This document shows, one piece after another, positions 63,388 to 64,000 of a stretch of 64,000 bases of DNA. The stretch is taken from assembly GCF_032444005.1 (NCBI RefSeq), contig NC_091288.1, positions 207,948,001-208,012,000 on the forward strand, read 5' to 3'. The notes under the pieces are model-generated. The model searched no databases and was not told where the DNA came from. It saw only the letters and a program-made list of their open reading frames with translations. Every line of letters begins with the position of its first letter. Within the stretch, counting starts at the first letter, position 1. This DNA comes from Ranitomeya imitator. Taxonomy: Eukaryota. A program made the translations under genes and the position numbers.

Positions 63388-64000
63388 TGTGATGCAGTGA
63401 CCCCTGTAACAGGTAGGGGGCGCTGCATGGTCTTCCCAGTATGCACACAGAGGTGTATTGAGGCCATGAGAGTGTATGGCAGTTGCATGCATGGCTGTGG
63501 TCATAAGATAAAGTCTGGCATTGTGATGAATGGACGATATGTGTGTCGCAGAGGAGAAGACTCTGCGCTGCCAGCCTGAAGTGATGTGGTGTTCTGGGAC
63601 CTATAGTCTGACAAGTATGGTGCATGTTGTATAATGGTCATGGGAGGTTTGGCAGGGCTAGTTATGTGAGATGGGCGGGACAATCTAGCCACACACCCAC
63701 ACTCCCACCCAGGGGAGTGGTTCAAGGTTTATAATGTGACCAGGGTGTGGGTCACATGGGTCCCTGTGTATGGTCGCTGTGAGTGACCTGTGTGAGCCTG
63801 TGTTGGAAGACCTGGGAGGAGGCTTCCTGAAGAGCACATGGTGGGGCTTTGCTACTGGTGGCCTGGGTATTGGACGGTCCCAGCCGGGGACGGACGTCCT
63901 GAATAGTACCCGGACAGGCCACCTGTGTGATCCTGAGTAACGTGGGTGTTGGGAGGTCCTGGGAGTAGGATCGGATCCCTGAACAGCACGAGGTGAGGAC
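63388..64000. mobile_element. Probable LTR, running off the window edge
   Basis: Abrupt switch from AT-rich intron to GC-richer non-coding sequence beginning TGTGATGCAGTGACC. There is no coding evidence. Confidence 0.4.

Overview
This is vertebrate genomic DNA, most likely from an anuran (frog); that call is inferred from the repeat families and gene structure. I reconstructed three spliced genes by hand, all on the minus strand. Every intron is GT-AG and every junction is phase-compatible. (1) HAGH (glyoxalase II): 9 exons, 12496->2320, 312 aa, with a mitochondrial-type leader. (2) CIAO3/NARFL: 11 exons, 24192->17818, 476 aa. (3) A very large mesothelin-family (MSLNL-like) gene: 36 exons in the window, 63342->31813, about 1660 aa, and still open at its 5' end. 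Its last ~590 aa align with the whole MPF + mature mesothelin precursor and end in a GPI-type signal. The equivalent of the furin site is not a furin consensus. In front of this region lie at least ~1070 extra residues, including four-plus tandem ~185-205-aa modules. Each module is encoded by a phase-1-symmetric four-exon cassette and is dense in N-glycosylation sequons. This is the main candidate for a poorly described system. The rest of the window holds seven minisatellites, MITEs and other non-autonomous DNA transposons, L2/CR1/SINE/Gypsy/Tc1 remnants, Helentron-like elements, and two Penelope-like inverted repeats with decayed minimal hammerhead-ribozyme motifs. All coordinates and counts were made by hand without tools. 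Family assignments rest on remembered sequences and need database confirmation.
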